From Octopus vulgaris (Eukaryota), in the NCBI GenBank assembly GCA_951406725.2, contig OX597836.1:4216001-4280000 (forward strand): a stretch of 64,000 nucleotides of DNA, written 5' to 3'. The notes under the pieces are model-generated. The model saw nothing but the letters and a program-made list of their open reading frames with translations. It was not told where the DNA came from and searched no databases. This document shows positions 40,339-55,154 of the stretch, one piece after another. The position numbers and the translations under genes are program-made. Every line of letters begins with the position of its first letter. The first letter of the stretch is position 1.

Positions 40339-42068
40339 ATGTATGTATGTATGTATGTATGTATATATATATATATGTATGTATTATGTATGTATATATA
40401 TATATATATGTATATATATGTATATATATATATATGTATATACTAATAAATAAATATTTATGTGTATGTATAAGTGCGTTCGTTCCTTATTTAGAAGTTT
40501 TGTCTCCCGAAAGCTATACAGCAAAATGGATGCTATATCTATTTTAAAAGAATGGAATCAAATCTCAAGAGGGAACGGCGCCTTTTTATTTATAAGATTT
40601 TAGAGTGTGGTTTACCTTTTCTCTTTCCGAAATTCTTTAGAGGAATTGTTCTATTTTGGTGAAGGTAGATTCATAAATGTTTTACTTCTCCATCAAGATT
40701 CTTAATTGTGCTTCTGTCAATCTTTACATCTTTACATATATCTAGATTCCATAAAATAAACGTAAGTAAATGAGCCTCCGTCGATTTCGTGGTTGAGCTT
40801 TTAGGTATTTCATTAACTGTACTACCTGCCTATTGAGTCAACCTGTTAGCGGCTGAGTATTCCATAGACATATGTAACCTTAATATGTGTATTTCAGAAA
40901 ATTTTAATTTATTGGAATGGTTGCGCAAACCGGATCGAAACGTTCTTAATCATCGTTCTCCATTAAACGAATCTCTATACATGACACAGGTGCATTGGGC
41001 TCACAAGCATGAGGTGGTGAGTTCGGTTCCTGGACCAGGCTATGTCGTGTTCTGGAGCAAGCCACTTTATTTTACGTTGCTCCAGCTTGCTTGGTTGTAG
41101 AAATGGGTTGCAATGTCACTGGTACCAAGCTATATTGTTTTAACGGCGGTGCATCAGCATGGCCGCAGCTCTGAGCTGAAAATAATTAAACAAATGAACT
41201 AAAGAAAGAGCGACATCATATTTCCATCCTTTTGAAAAAATACACAAACAAGAAAACACACTCACACACAAACACACACTTGCACAGATACACACAGAGA
41301 CTCACACACACAAACAACACAGATACACGAGCCCCCACACACAAGCAAACACACACACAAACAAAGACACACACAAGGGCCACGCACACAGGCACATACA
41401 AACACAAACACAAACACACATGCACGCGCACACAGATACACACACAGAAATACACACAGACAAGTATAAACACGCACAAACAGACACACACATACAGGCA
41501 CATAGAAACGCACACACACACACACACGCTCACACACGAGAGAAATCCGTGCCATAGTAAAGTGAATCTTTTGATGTTTATCGATAAAGCAAAGCTGAGC
41601 GCCACAATATGGATCGGTGTCGATGCGATTGACTAAAGTGTTGAAGGCGGAGCCAGATGAGGACTTTTGCTTAATGACTGAAACAAGGAAAAAAAAGCAA
41701 TAAACATGCAAACAATAGGAGAAGAGGAGGAGGGTGGTGGTGGTGGTGGTGGTGGGAGAAGGCACTAACGAAGAAAATTAGAACAAAAAGCATGATAGGT
41801 AGCCTGTATAGTAATCATTAAAAATGATGATAATGGTGATGATGATAAAGATGAGGAGGAGGAGGAGGAGGCGGAGGGTGATGGTGATGATGATGACGAT
41901 GATGATGATAACACTACTGCCACTGCTACTGCTACTACTGCTAGCTAGTACTACGAGTGGTGATGATGATGATAGTGTTATCATTACCACCACCAGCAAC
42001 AACACCAACACCACCACAAATAATGACAACAAAACAAGAACAACAACAACAACTACTACTACGAATAA

Positions 42069-42118
<50 letters not shown>

Positions 42119-42120
<2 letters not shown>

Positions 42121-42674
42121 GCCCTGATGCAGTACCAGGCAGAGGCTCTCATGGCTTCTGATCTTAACTGATTGGAAGTGTTATCATGTACATTGTTTTG
42201 TCTTGGTATAAAAGATGGGCTACAGCAAATATTCTGCTCAATACCACAGATTTGCTTGTCAGTTGTTTGACTTTAACCAGTTGAGCATGTCCCTTAGTGG
42301 CTGACGATATGTGCATCTCTGATCACGAGCAGAAGTAGTGGGGGAGCATCATAGCCATGTGTTGAGAGGGATTCTTTTGGGTTTGAATAATTCACCTCTG
42401 GAAACATGGGTGGTTCTTTCAACATCCTTAAACAACCCTTATTCAGGGACCTTTTGAGCGGGATGGGCTACTCAACCTGAAGAAAATTCTAACTGGGCCC
42501 CACCTGCAAGGTTATGTGCTGTTTATCTTGATATGAGATCACCATGTCGCGCACATATGGTTGTGATGCATGTGCCTGGTGTACCTTTATCAGACGGGTA
42601 GTCATGATGGGTATATTGGGCTTCGTATATTTTACCCCAGTGTCACTTTGATGGCATGCGCTGCTCTCTCACTC
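42119..42674 (+). mobile_element. 556-bp non-coding element inserted cleanly into a (TAA)n array
   Basis: Balanced-composition block bounded on both sides by pure (TAA)n; no long ORF. Confidence 0.7.
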
Positions 42675-42733
<59 letters not shown>

Positions 42734-42754
42734 GGATGATGATGATAATAATAA

Positions 42755-42960
42755 TCTTTTCTATTGTAGGCACAATGCCTAAAAGTTGCGAGAGGGGGAT
42801 AGTCGAGTACATCGGCCCCAGTATTAGAACATAATTTATCGACCCCGGAAAGGATGAAAGGCAAAGTCAACTTAGGCAGAATTTGAACACAGAACGTTGC
42901 GGCGGACGAAATACCGCTAAGAATTTCGTCCAGCACGCTAACGATTCTGCCAGCTCGCCG
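42755..42960 (-). mobile_element. SINE family A
   Basis: tttatcgaccccggaaaggatgaaaggcaaagtcaac..cgctaacgattctgccagctcgcc. Confidence 0.9.
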
Positions 42961-43415
42961 GCAGAGGACCACCACAACGACGACGACGATGATGATGATG
43001 ATTGTGATGGTTATGATGATGGCGATTATGATGATGATGATTTTAAAGTATGATGGTAATGATGATAACATAATGGAAACGAAGCAAGAGTTATCACGTA
43101 TCAAGTGTTTCGATGGACAGAGATCGATAAATCAACTACTTGACTCTAGTGAATGCTGGTGGAGGTGGAGGGAAGCCGGTCAATATATCCGTTGGAAAAA
43201 CTATATGGGAGGTTTCTCTCCGTTATAACTGCAAGTCTATTGACTAAACGTCAAAAGAGTAAACAGCAGAGGGTTAAAAGTAGAGGAGAGAAAGGGGAAG
43301 AAGGCGTCGGAGGGGAGGAAACACCCTGGGGAAGAAATAATACGGAGAAACAAAACAACGAATTATGATGATGATGATGATGATGACGATGATGATATTA
43401 ACAGAAATAATAATG

Positions 43416-43476
<61 letters not shown>

Positions 43477-43501
43477 TAATAATAATATTAATAATGATAA
43501 T

Positions 43502-43551
<50 letters not shown>

Positions 43552-43576
43552 TAATAATAATATTAATAATGATAAT

Positions 43577-43661
<85 letters not shown>

Positions 43662-43697
43662 TGAATAATAATAATAATAATAATGATGATGATGATG

Positions 43698-43886
43698 ATT
43701 TCAAATTTTGGGAGGGATTAAGTCGATTACATCAACTCCAGTGCGTAACTGGTACATATATAATCCACTCTAAAAGGATGAAAGGTAAAGCCAACCTGCG
43801 TGGAATTTGAACTTAGAACGTGGCGACGGGCGAATTACCGCTAAGCTCTTCGACCAGCATGCTAACGATTCTGGCATCTCGCCACC
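43698..43886 (-). mobile_element. SINE family A between (TAA)n arrays
   Basis: aaaggatgaaaggtaaag..ggaatttgaacttagaacg..gctaacgattctggcatctcgcc. Confidence 0.85.
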
Positions 43887-43909
43887 ATGGGAATAATAAT
43901 AATCATAAC

Positions 43910-43974
<65 letters not shown>

Positions 43975-43988
43975 TGATGATGATGATG

Positions 43989-44078
<90 letters not shown>

Positions 44079-44080
<2 letters not shown>

Positions 44081-44305
44081 GATCGTCTTAACTGGTACAT
44101 CACACGTATTGAAAAGAGCATTGTCGATGTGAGAACTGTTGCTGCTCATGTATTTTAATTTAACTTGAAAAAAAAAAAAAATTAACGAACTATTGAGTTT
44201 GGTTTAATGGCTTACCAATGTATACTATGAGTTTCTTTGCCCTAGGAGTCGGGAAGACACTCGGCAAGAAATGGAAGCAAATTTGAAATAAGAAAAAGAA
44301 AGTAA
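44079..44305 (+). mobile_element. Severely 5'-truncated Dong/R4-clade non-LTR retrotransposon 3' end in (TAA)n
   Basis: KIVLTGTSHVLKRALSM* (44079-44132) matches the R4/Dong terminal motif QK.VL.GTA.ILR..L*; a ~170-nt 3'UTR follows; both flanks are (TAA)n, the known Dong target. Confidence 0.75.
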
Positions 44306-44749
44306 TACTACTAATAATAATGTTAATATTGATAATAATGATAATAATAATAATGATAATAATAATGATAATAATAATAATAGTAATAATAATGATGATG
44401 ATAATAATAATGATAATAATAATGATAATTTCTTGACATCCAGCTTGATGTCATAAGTCGTGACATAACGCACGAATAAGTTTGGACAATAATAATTATT
44501 TTTAAAAAACCCACAAAAACTAGGGAAATAGACGCTAGCTCAGCTTGATATTTCGACATTTGCAAGAATGTCTTAAGAGTACAAAGAAGTAAAATATGAA
44601 AAAGAAATACAGACATATAGGGCAGAATTTGGCAAGATGTGATTTAAATTGGAACGGTTGCTTGAACACGTGTGCAGCGAAGTGTTCAATTTCCTTTGGC
44701 CCTTGAAAAGATAAATGACATTAAACTGAACGTTGAGGGACATGGCAGA

Positions 44750-45250
<501 letters not shown>

Positions 45251-45419
45251 ACTTTATATATAATATATTATTCAGAAGGCTGTGTGTGGGTGTGAGTATA
45301 TTCGTTAGAGAAGGTAACCCAATATATTTTTGTGTTATCTTAACATCAAGAATCTCTCATCAACACCTGATTGTATTATCTTGCGGAAGGTGAGTCCTTT
45401 GAATTTTCTCGAGCATTTT

Positions 45420-45800
45420 CGAGTAACTCATCAAATAGCCAACATCCTTGCTGTCCTCTTACGTCCAGAAGCATCCTTCGTTGATGTTCAGCAGTAATTT
45501 CTCCACATCATACTAACTTTACCCTCCTTGCTCTCCTTACCCTCAATTAGCACACTTTCTACTTCCCCCTGTTTTAGGTTCAACATCAAATTAAATCGGA
45601 CATCGATGACCATTCAAATTATCGCTAATTCCAGCCATTTCAGGAACGTCTGGATCATATTTTCAATGAATCGCAGCTCCTTAATTGCCATTAATCAGTG
45701 TTCATTAATTTTCTCACTGTTTCTTTCACACAGTTCCCTACAGTGAGCAAGGACTTTCTACATTGCTAGAAGGCGATGCAACCGTGTTATTGCTTGTAGA
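45420..45800 (-). pseudogene. Possible decayed RTE-like LINE 3' fragment
   Basis: Minus strand VESVLIEGKESKEGKVSMMWRN resembles ...VEG.R.RGRP...W. Confidence 0.3.
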
Positions 45801-46019
45801 TGCTATGAACTAAGGATATATGCCTTCGCCATGCATTTCGTCTTCGGTTCCAGACGACGGTGAATTCAGGATGAGTTGATTGCTGTGCTTATCATTCCAA
45901 ATTGACTATTATCCCTAATGTGAGCCTGTAATGCGTTGTGAATAGGATCAATGCTAGTCCCCTCACTCATGTTTGTCATTAATGCCATGGTGCTCATACT
46001 ATGTAACCCTCCTACTCTT

Positions 46020-46450
46020 CTATTGAAAGTAATTAAGTGGCATTCACAAGGAAGCATTCTTTTATACGGCAAGCTTCGAATTTTCAACTTCTCTCCAACC
46101 ACGGTAACGTATCACACCGGGATATTTTTCTGGTCTTTGGATATCAAATATTTCATTTCTATACACCACCATTTTACAACATGCTTTTCTGCGCCTCTCT
46201 ATATCGCTGTGTAACAAAACTACACAACTGGCTATTGAAATGGTAACATGTCAGTAAAAAAGTCTGTTTTTGTGAAAATTCAATTCCGTTTCTTTTTCAC
46301 GTACTGTTGCACGATTTAAGAGCTGTCATCCACATCACCAAACCTTCGATGAAATATGCCATGCCACGTTTGTAGCAAAATACATCATTGCACACTTCAG
46401 TCGGGACGACCTCCGACTTGACTTTCCACAGTATTTAAAATCTCATTCCT
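46020..46450 (-). pseudogene. Decayed mariner-type fragments
   Basis: 46260-46420 resembles a mariner C-terminus (EV..YF..K....F.EG...L..RW.KCL....YVEK); 46090-46185 resembles a mariner N-terminus (W....KYL..K...KNI). Confidence 0.35.
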
Positions 46451-46945
46451 ATATTCGCAACATAGATCAATCTGACAAATTTCCTTGCTTTCTACTGGCT
46501 AAATATATTAAGCAAAGATGAAATATTTTCTGTCATACTTCATTCATATTTTCCCTTTTTTCTAAAACTGACTCATATAAAATATTTTATGTTACTGCTA
46601 TCGTACTTCTCGTCCGAATTCTTCTTTTTTTCTTTGTAAATTTGGATATTAAATATTTGTGTTTGCAAGAGTGGCTGAATGGTTCAAAAAACTTTTGTTT
46701 TCATTCTGCGTTCAGGTTCCAAATATCTAAGTACGCGCTTCCTTTTTTTTTTTTCTGTTGACGATGTTTTTATCATATTGCTACATGTCTCCTCCAACAT
46801 TCAGAGATATGGCGACGAAATAGGAATCATTTCACAAACCATCGTCCGGTACAAATATTCATAAAAGAAACACGTGGAACCAAATCTTTTATCCCACTCA
46901 GACAAATAGGGCGGATTCCAGAATGAGAAATAAATAAAACATTTG

Positions 46946-47250
46946 GTGCAGGCGTGATTGTAATATCGAGAAATTTGCTTCCCATCCGTGTTGTGTTGCG
47001 ATCAAGACCATGGCGTGGGACCTTGGAGAGCTGTCTCCCCCTACACCTCGGACTGATCAAAGACTAGTGAGTGGATTTGCTAAACGTAAGCTGAAGGGAG
47101 TCGCTCGAATATGTGCGTGTGTTTGTGTGTGTGTGTGTGTGTCTGTGTCTGTGTGTCCTTTTGTTTGTGTATAAGCAAATGACAAAAGCTTGACATTCGA
47201 AGCATATCACTCTGAGATGGGGATCTGTGATTGTAGAGGGACAAACACAG

Positions 47251-47283
<33 letters not shown>

Positions 47284-47463
47284 CAGATAAATAAATATAT
47301 ATACGACAGGCGTCTTTCAGTTTCCATCTAACGAATCCACTGACAAGGCTTTGGTCATCGCGAGGCTATAGGAGAAGCTTACCCAAGTTGCCATGTAGTG
47401 AGACCGAAGCCCGAACCATGTGGTGGCTAAGCAAAGTTACTTACAACACAGCCACACCTGCAG
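46946..47463. mobile_element. Inverted pair of SINE family B 5' halves (+ 46946-47112; - 47238-47463)
   Basis: gtgagtggatttgctaaacgtaagctgaag vs ctttcagtttccatctaacgaatccactgac; tRNA-like heads at the outer ends. Confidence 0.75.
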
Positions 47464-47574
<111 letters not shown>

Positions 47575-47648
47575 GATATACATATACATATAGATATATA
47601 GATATATAGAGAGATATACACCCGCTCGCATATATATACATACAAACA

Positions 47649-47681
<33 letters not shown>

Positions 47682-48057
47682 TTACATAAACGTATGTATA
47701 TATACATATATATATTTACGCAAGTGTATGTATGTATCTATGCATATATGTACACATGCATGTAAGTTTGTATATATTTATATATGTGTCTTGCAAAAAA
47801 ATCAGAACGTCTTTTGGCTTGATGCCATGTTTATGTTTGAAATTTCTTTTTTCTTGAGATTGTTTTACACCTCTGCAGGCGGAGATAATTACAATAAATC
47901 AAGAATTAGTGAATAGCTATCTATCTATTTTTATATATATGCTCATATGTGAATATATGTGGTTTGTGTGTGCGCATATATATAAATGCGTGTGCATGTG
48001 TGAATGCGTATATGTGTGTTTGAAGGTATGTATATATTTGTATGTATGTATGTATGT

Positions 48058-48156
<99 letters not shown>

Positions 48157-48450
48157 CGTGTGTATGTATGTATGTCTGCTTTCTGTTTTTCATCATGTCC
48201 ATTCTGTGGTTCGGGAAGAAACTCGTTTCTAACAGAGATACAAGCCTTCATCGTTGGAAAGTAGTTAACAAATACAATGCCTCGCTTTGAACTTGCGGAT
48301 AGACTTGCACATGTGTATATTTTGATGCCCGAATGAAGCACACCATACACAAACACACACATACACACTTACACATACATGCACGCAAGTACAAATATCT
48401 ATCTAGTTTTATCTATCTGTCTATTTATCTACCTATCTCTCTATATGTCA

Positions 48451-48482
<32 letters not shown>

Positions 48483-48577
48483 TCCATACACTCGACTAAA
48501 GGTCCTTCAATGTGGCACCCGGGTATGGCCGCAGTCTAATGACTAAAATACGTGAAAGATGAAAAAAGATAAAAGGC

Positions 48578-48620
<43 letters not shown>

Positions 48621-48642
48621 TATAAACATATCTCTCTCTCGC

Positions 48643-48673
<31 letters not shown>

Positions 48674-48680
48674 GTGTGTG

Positions 48681-48771
<91 letters not shown>

Positions 48772-48964
48772 ATATATAAGAGAGAGAGAGAGAGAGAGCG
48801 AAAGAGAGATTGATGTTAGCTGTATCTACCAATCAAGTACGACCTAATGGTTTGGAGCCCATTTTAGTCAGATTTTATAATTTACTATGTAGTCTCCTGT
48901 ATGCGTAGACCCCACTTCTGTTATTCCTGCCAGTAATCAAATGCATCAAGGACGATATAAGAAT

Positions 48965-49047
<83 letters not shown>

Positions 49048-49143
49048 GGTGTAGCCATTTCAGCGAAGCAGACGCGAGGAACCTGAACTCAAATGTCCTG
49101 CTCAACGTGTTAAGCACTGGATACGTTTGTCATATGCAGACAA

Positions 49144-49179
<36 letters not shown>

Positions 49180-49312
49180 ACACACACATAAAAATGCAGA
49201 TACACAAACACACGCACACATGCAGACTTACGTACGTACGTGTAAATAATTGTGATTATATAATGTTTAGTGTACATATATACGCACCAGTACAGACAAT
49301 AATACACACTAC

Positions 49313-49377
<65 letters not shown>

Positions 49378-49471
49378 ATATAATCACATATATTCTAATC
49401 TTTTTCATCTTGTTGTTGTTGGTGTTGTTGTTGTTGTTGTTGTTGTTCTTCTTCTTCTTCTTCTTCTTCTT

Positions 49472-49548
<77 letters not shown>

Positions 49549-50129
49549 CTATATCTCACTTTGTTTCTCTCCCTACTCTCTTCCTTCGAAATTCCTTCGT
49601 AGTATGTCTTCGAAAATATCTCGTTCATTTATTTGAAAAAGATATAGCAACCAAAAATTAAAAAAAAAAAACATCTACAGTACAATATACAAAAATTGAA
49701 GGAAAATAAAAAAACAAAGAATCCCGTGAGAATCTGAAATAAATAAAAGAAACGGAAAACAGAAAGCATGCAGTCAGACGTAATTAGCAGGAAAAAATGG
49801 AAATCTTCATGATTTGATGTCTACTGAACATATTTGGAAAATAGAAGAAAAAGAAACAAAACAAATTTTGGTAAAGTTGTTGAGCATGGAATATCTTAAG
49901 GCACTTTGTTCATATGTCTGTCTGTATGTCGTCCTGTTTGTATACGTCTCTGTTATCATGGTTGTTCATTCTCTATTTAATTATGTTTCTATTTATTTAA
50001 CTCTCCGTTGTTCTTATTCGCTCCAACAACCGTCCTTTCCACCTTTTCCTATGTCTATCCTCACAGACATACTTGTATGTATCTATGTCTGTCTGTATGT
50101 ATGTATACATGTAAGTACATATACATCTT

Positions 50130-50162
<33 letters not shown>

Positions 50163-50199
50163 GTATATATATGTGTACATATCTCTCTCTCTCTCTCTC

Positions 50200-50250
<51 letters not shown>

Positions 50251-50270
50251 GTGTGTGTGTGTTGGGTTTA

Positions 50271-50324
<54 letters not shown>

Positions 50325-50379
50325 AATATATATATATACGTATCTATGTGTGTATTATTCCTTAACAAGAATAGTATTG

Positions 50380-50424
50380 ACTGCGACTTCGAAGTTTCGG
50401 CCAGCTAACTCATCGTCAGACTGT
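50380..50424 (-). ncRNA. Minimal hammerhead-like motif at the Penelope 3' end
   Basis: Minus strand acagt-CTGACGA-tgagttagctggcc-GAAA-cttcgaag-TC-gcagt: exact core, palindromic stem III acttcgaagt, GUC site, stem I 4/5 paired, weak stem II. Confidence 0.65.
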
Positions 50425-51142
50425 GGAACATTTGAGTCCATATTGACTTTATATACTCTCTGCTAAGATAAAGTTGTATGGGGTAGGACCCACCCCATAA
50501 GTAGACCTTCGTTAATTGATAACCATATTGTAACGTAAGCTGTGGTGGAGATGTTTTATGGCATATTTTCATTGATCGTATTAATGTTCAAAATTCATTC
50601 ATGCATGTAGAACATTTTCAGTGTGTCTATTCAGATGAGTCATTTTCAGATCATGGGGTTGGTTTTTAGGGATTTTCAAGAGAATGCGGATAAATGTAAT
50701 GGCCTTGTTAATACACGTTTATATGTTGTTAGTCATATTTGGGAACGAGTGAAATATTTAACCATTTGTCTTAGGGATGTTAAAGTTAAAGTTCAGCGTT
50801 CCAGTAATTAAATTGTCGTCGTTAGGTGTATTTAATTTGTTATGTCAACATTTATGCAATGGAGCTTTTAAGAGTTCAAAATAGATTGTAAGCAGGGGGT
50901 AAGTATTATTTGGTTCACAGGATGATGTATGTGTTAGTATTGCTTCGGATATTTTACCTGTTTGTATTAGGAAGGTAGAGATAAACTCTCAAGATGTCAT
51001 CGCGTTGTTAGTACAGGAAGTTATGTTATGCTTTGAGGTTTATAAAAGAATTTACATAGGTATAAATGTTATTGGACAGCAGTTTTCTCTTTAGAAGTGG
51101 ATTGATGTACAAAATATTTGATCACTAGAAGTTGGTGCAAAA

Positions 51143-51625
51143 TTAAACCTTGTTCTTCCTCAAGATCTGTGACAACTTCCTCCCTGTTTTCAAAGTAGGG
51201 TTTTTCTTTATTTTGCTGTAGCTACCGTCACTTATAAGAATTGCCAGTTTTTCCGAGTAGTCAAACTTGTTCACCATTGTAGCATTTCCCTTGTCTGCTG
51301 GAAGTATTGTCATGGAATTGTCACTCTGTAGTCTTTTGATAGCGAATGTTTCTTCCTTAGTGATGTTTGGTTCGGGAAGTTTCGCTTTTTCTAGTCCCTG
51401 TCTCATTTTCCATCTCGCTGAGCTTTTGGTATCTTTATGGCCATCTCTTCAATAGGGGCTATTATGCCATCTCACTGACATTTTGGTAACTTTATAGCTG
51501 TTTCTTCAATAGGTGCTATTATGTCAAAGTATGGAATGCACTTGATGGTTGTCGCAAAGTTGAGACCTTTTTTTAGTACTGCTTCTTCAGAGCTTTCCAG
51601 ATGTCGGATACTTCCATTAATTACT
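51143..51625 (-). pseudogene. Penelope-like reverse transcriptase N-terminal fragment
   Basis: ORF track 51143..51406 with PADKG; the upstream frameshifted part carries KGLNF. Confidence 0.85.
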
Positions 51626-54570
51626 GCTTCTACTTACACGTCAGAGATAAAATAGGAATGCTAAACTGTAATCGACATCGTGCACCATATTCACATCTTT
51701 TACCATAATCCATTCATTAGATCCTTCCCCGGTTCAAGCATAATGCGCAGTTTACTCACAACTTCAACGGCGGCACCTGTGGCGATTTCATGCGATTTAT
51801 GCATGTCTTTGCAGCACTATTCGCCCCTGATTTTAGCATTCTTAAATGGCACATGGATGCCGACAATTATCCTCATTATTTCAAGCTCGAGAGTGAAGCG
51901 ACTTTTGATATTGTTAAGTCGAATATCTTTTTAGAGATATATTATGATTTTTCACCTTCTTTTTTTATTTTTTGGTTTTCATTCTGTAGCGAACAATTTT
52001 CAGCATAGAAGCACACTTTTGATTAATGCTGTCGCGTCAAATTAGTATTTATCGATAACAGACTTTTCGACTGAAGGTCTTTAGTTCATAGTGGTAGGTT
52101 ATTAATTTCGTTGTAAAATTGTGGACTGTAAAGTCTCCGTATGTCTAAGTAAGATTCTTTTTCTTTTTTAAGTAAGATATATTTGTTGCACGAGAAAGGT
52201 TTTGTTCACCTTACACACCGTCGGATGTTTAAATTAACAATATTTCCCTCTCTTTCTTTTCCTCTATCTCTGCACGCAAACGCACACACATAGGCACAGT
52301 GGCACACACACACACACAAACACATGTACACACTCACGCACACACTCAAACACTCACGTATACAGACACAAATTTATTTATATACATACACAGAAACATA
52401 TGTATATGCATATATATATCTGTATATAGATATATGTGTGTGTATATATATGACAGATATATGATATGTAATACGTATATATGCATACAGATATGCTTAA
52501 TAAAATAATATATATATATATATATATACATACATATACACACACACATATATATTTGTGTATGTATATGTATATATTCATACATACAAAAGTACATACC
52601 TATGTATATGCCTATGTGCAGGTGCGTGTGTGTGTGTGCGCGTATGTTTATATGTAAAATTAGGTGGAAAGTTCTCAGAGTTCCCTGATGTACGAACAAT
52701 ATACAATTAGATAGACGCTAATTGCATTCATGTCAATGATCGTTCTTCTCCATGTCAAAGGAGACAGCTTCGAACTTCAAATTGATTTAAAAATAAATTT
52801 CTCGTTCTTCATTTCTTCTCTTATCAGTGAATATTTCTTCAATACAATCCTACATATTTTCTACATTACACGTAGTTATCGTAAACGCGCGAAGAATTGT
52901 ATTAGCTGGGGACGTTTATTAAGAGTGGAAATTGACCTGCATTGTCGACGCATGTCACAGATATCAGACCTAAAACGTTCTGCATAATCTCCCTCAATTT
53001 TTAGTTTCTTCCTTTATCTCCGATACTATTGTAGTCATTACTAGTTATGATTTTCTTTACAGTATCATTACAAACTTTAGTATATACAGAATGTTAAATA
53101 CTTCATTCATAAGCATAGATTTAGCTGTAATAAAAGGGAGACGTCGATATGTCCTCGGCTCTCCAATCAAATGGCATTGAAAGGGCGGCTTCTGGAAGGG
53201 AAAACTGATTACATGAACACTTGATTGTCAGAAAAATAGATAACAATAATGTGAACTGGTGCATCTCGCTCAAGGACTCTAGCTCCACTCATTCCGGGAA
53301 TTGAACCCCGTTCCTATGATTCTGAAAGCAGCACCTAAACCACTACGTCACGCGGTCATATGTGTGCGGTTGTTGTGGACAATGTCGTGCAGGGATGTTT
53401 TCAGGCATTAATAAACATTGGGATATTCGCTCCACCTTTCTGTGTTCTAAATCGAAATCTTAGCCTTTCAATATTTCCGGAATGTTGCAATAATATGGCA
53501 GTTCAGTTGAGAGGTTGTTTAGTGGAATTTTAAACACTCGTAAGCGATGCCTTGTTATATATGTTTCGTCTTTGAACGTTATGAATTGAAATGTTTCTTA
53601 ATGATTGCTAAAGAAGAATGATGAAATCTGGAGCATTGCCTTGGGGGATCTACAAAACTATCAACTGATTACTTAGTATATCAAGCCACAAGCTGTTAGA
53701 GAAAGTAACAGGAAGACAATCCAGTTCTTGAGGTTTGGTGATTCGTTGTAATATGGTGTAGATTTAGTTAAAATATTCCGTGTTATTTCGAGCGTTATAT
53801 GCTCGTTGGTCACTTAAAGCTTTAGCTCTCCATTGATATCAGATATTGAAGGTGTTCGTTATTGCTCCTTTTCAAACTTTTCGCATTGACGACTCTTGTT
53901 ATCTTAGTCCAGTTTCATTATAGACTACGAGAATCGATCGTTTAGATATGAAACATACAGTGAGTGGACAGAAAGATTTGTCCGAATGTTTCAAAACAAG
54001 AAGTCATGGGCAAATAATGTGCGTGTATCTATTATATTATAAAGAGTTATTCGTAAAGTGATACAGTCCAGGCAACATTAACTAACCTTAATTGCAGGTC
54101 TATTGAAAAATTTATTGTATATGCAATAAATTTTTGTACAATTTGATGGAATTATTCTCCTTATAGGGTAAGAGAAAGCTACTGTGGCTGGCAATAACAA
54201 CCACATCTCGAGATGAATATTAACAGATTGCTTTTCCCTCCATTATTCTGGCCTGGTGTATAGTGGGCGGAGATTTGATAATATAAACCTGTTTCACACT
54301 AAGATTTGGTAGCGCCTCGCCATATTAAGAGGCGGTTTTGTGAAAGGTTTGTCTGTCGAAGAAAAACACATTCTCAAGCCACAATTCATTAAATATGGTC
54401 TGATTGCTCAAACGTATAATTTACGATTGTGAAACTCGAAGGAATAATGGAGTGAATCACTAAACTGCTTCCTCGATTACTATAAAATCGAAAACATCTA
54501 ATGATTCCAATCTCCTTTCGTATGTATACATGTGCCTACATACGTAAATACAATTCACATAAGTATGGAT

Positions 54571-54667
<97 letters not shown>

Positions 54668-55004
54668 GGTGTGTCTGTGGGCGTATATAAATATATATTT
54701 ATATATATGTGTGTGTTTGTATGTGTTTATGTGGAGGCGTGGATATGTGCATTTATATGAGTGTGAGTTCGCTACCGAAACATTTGATTGCCTTATGAAA
54801 CTTGATTTACTCGGCAACGAAATATCGAAATACACATACATGCATGATCACATATAAACAGACATACTTGTATTAATACAAATACACACACATATAACAA
54901 ATACATACATACATACATAAATATATATCTATATACGCGTACAAATACACATACATATGCATACACACACACACATATATATATATATATACGCACACAC
55001 TCCC

Positions 55005-55154
<150 letters not shown>

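Larger units (their letters stand above)
50378..52235 (-). mobile_element. Penelope-like retroelement, decayed and internally deleted
   Basis: EEAVLKKGLNFATT, NITKEETFAIKRLQSDNSMTILPADKGNAT and KNPT motifs typical of the Penelope RT N-terminus; frameshifts and stops; hammerhead-like motif at the 3' terminus. Confidence 0.85.

Noticed and set aside
42420-42502. HDV-like ribozyme in the (TAA)n-inserted element (catcct/gggatg, ttcag/ctggg, ctaa)
   Set aside because: P3 cannot be formed and position 1 is not a G-U or G-C pair; only worth retesting on a family consensus
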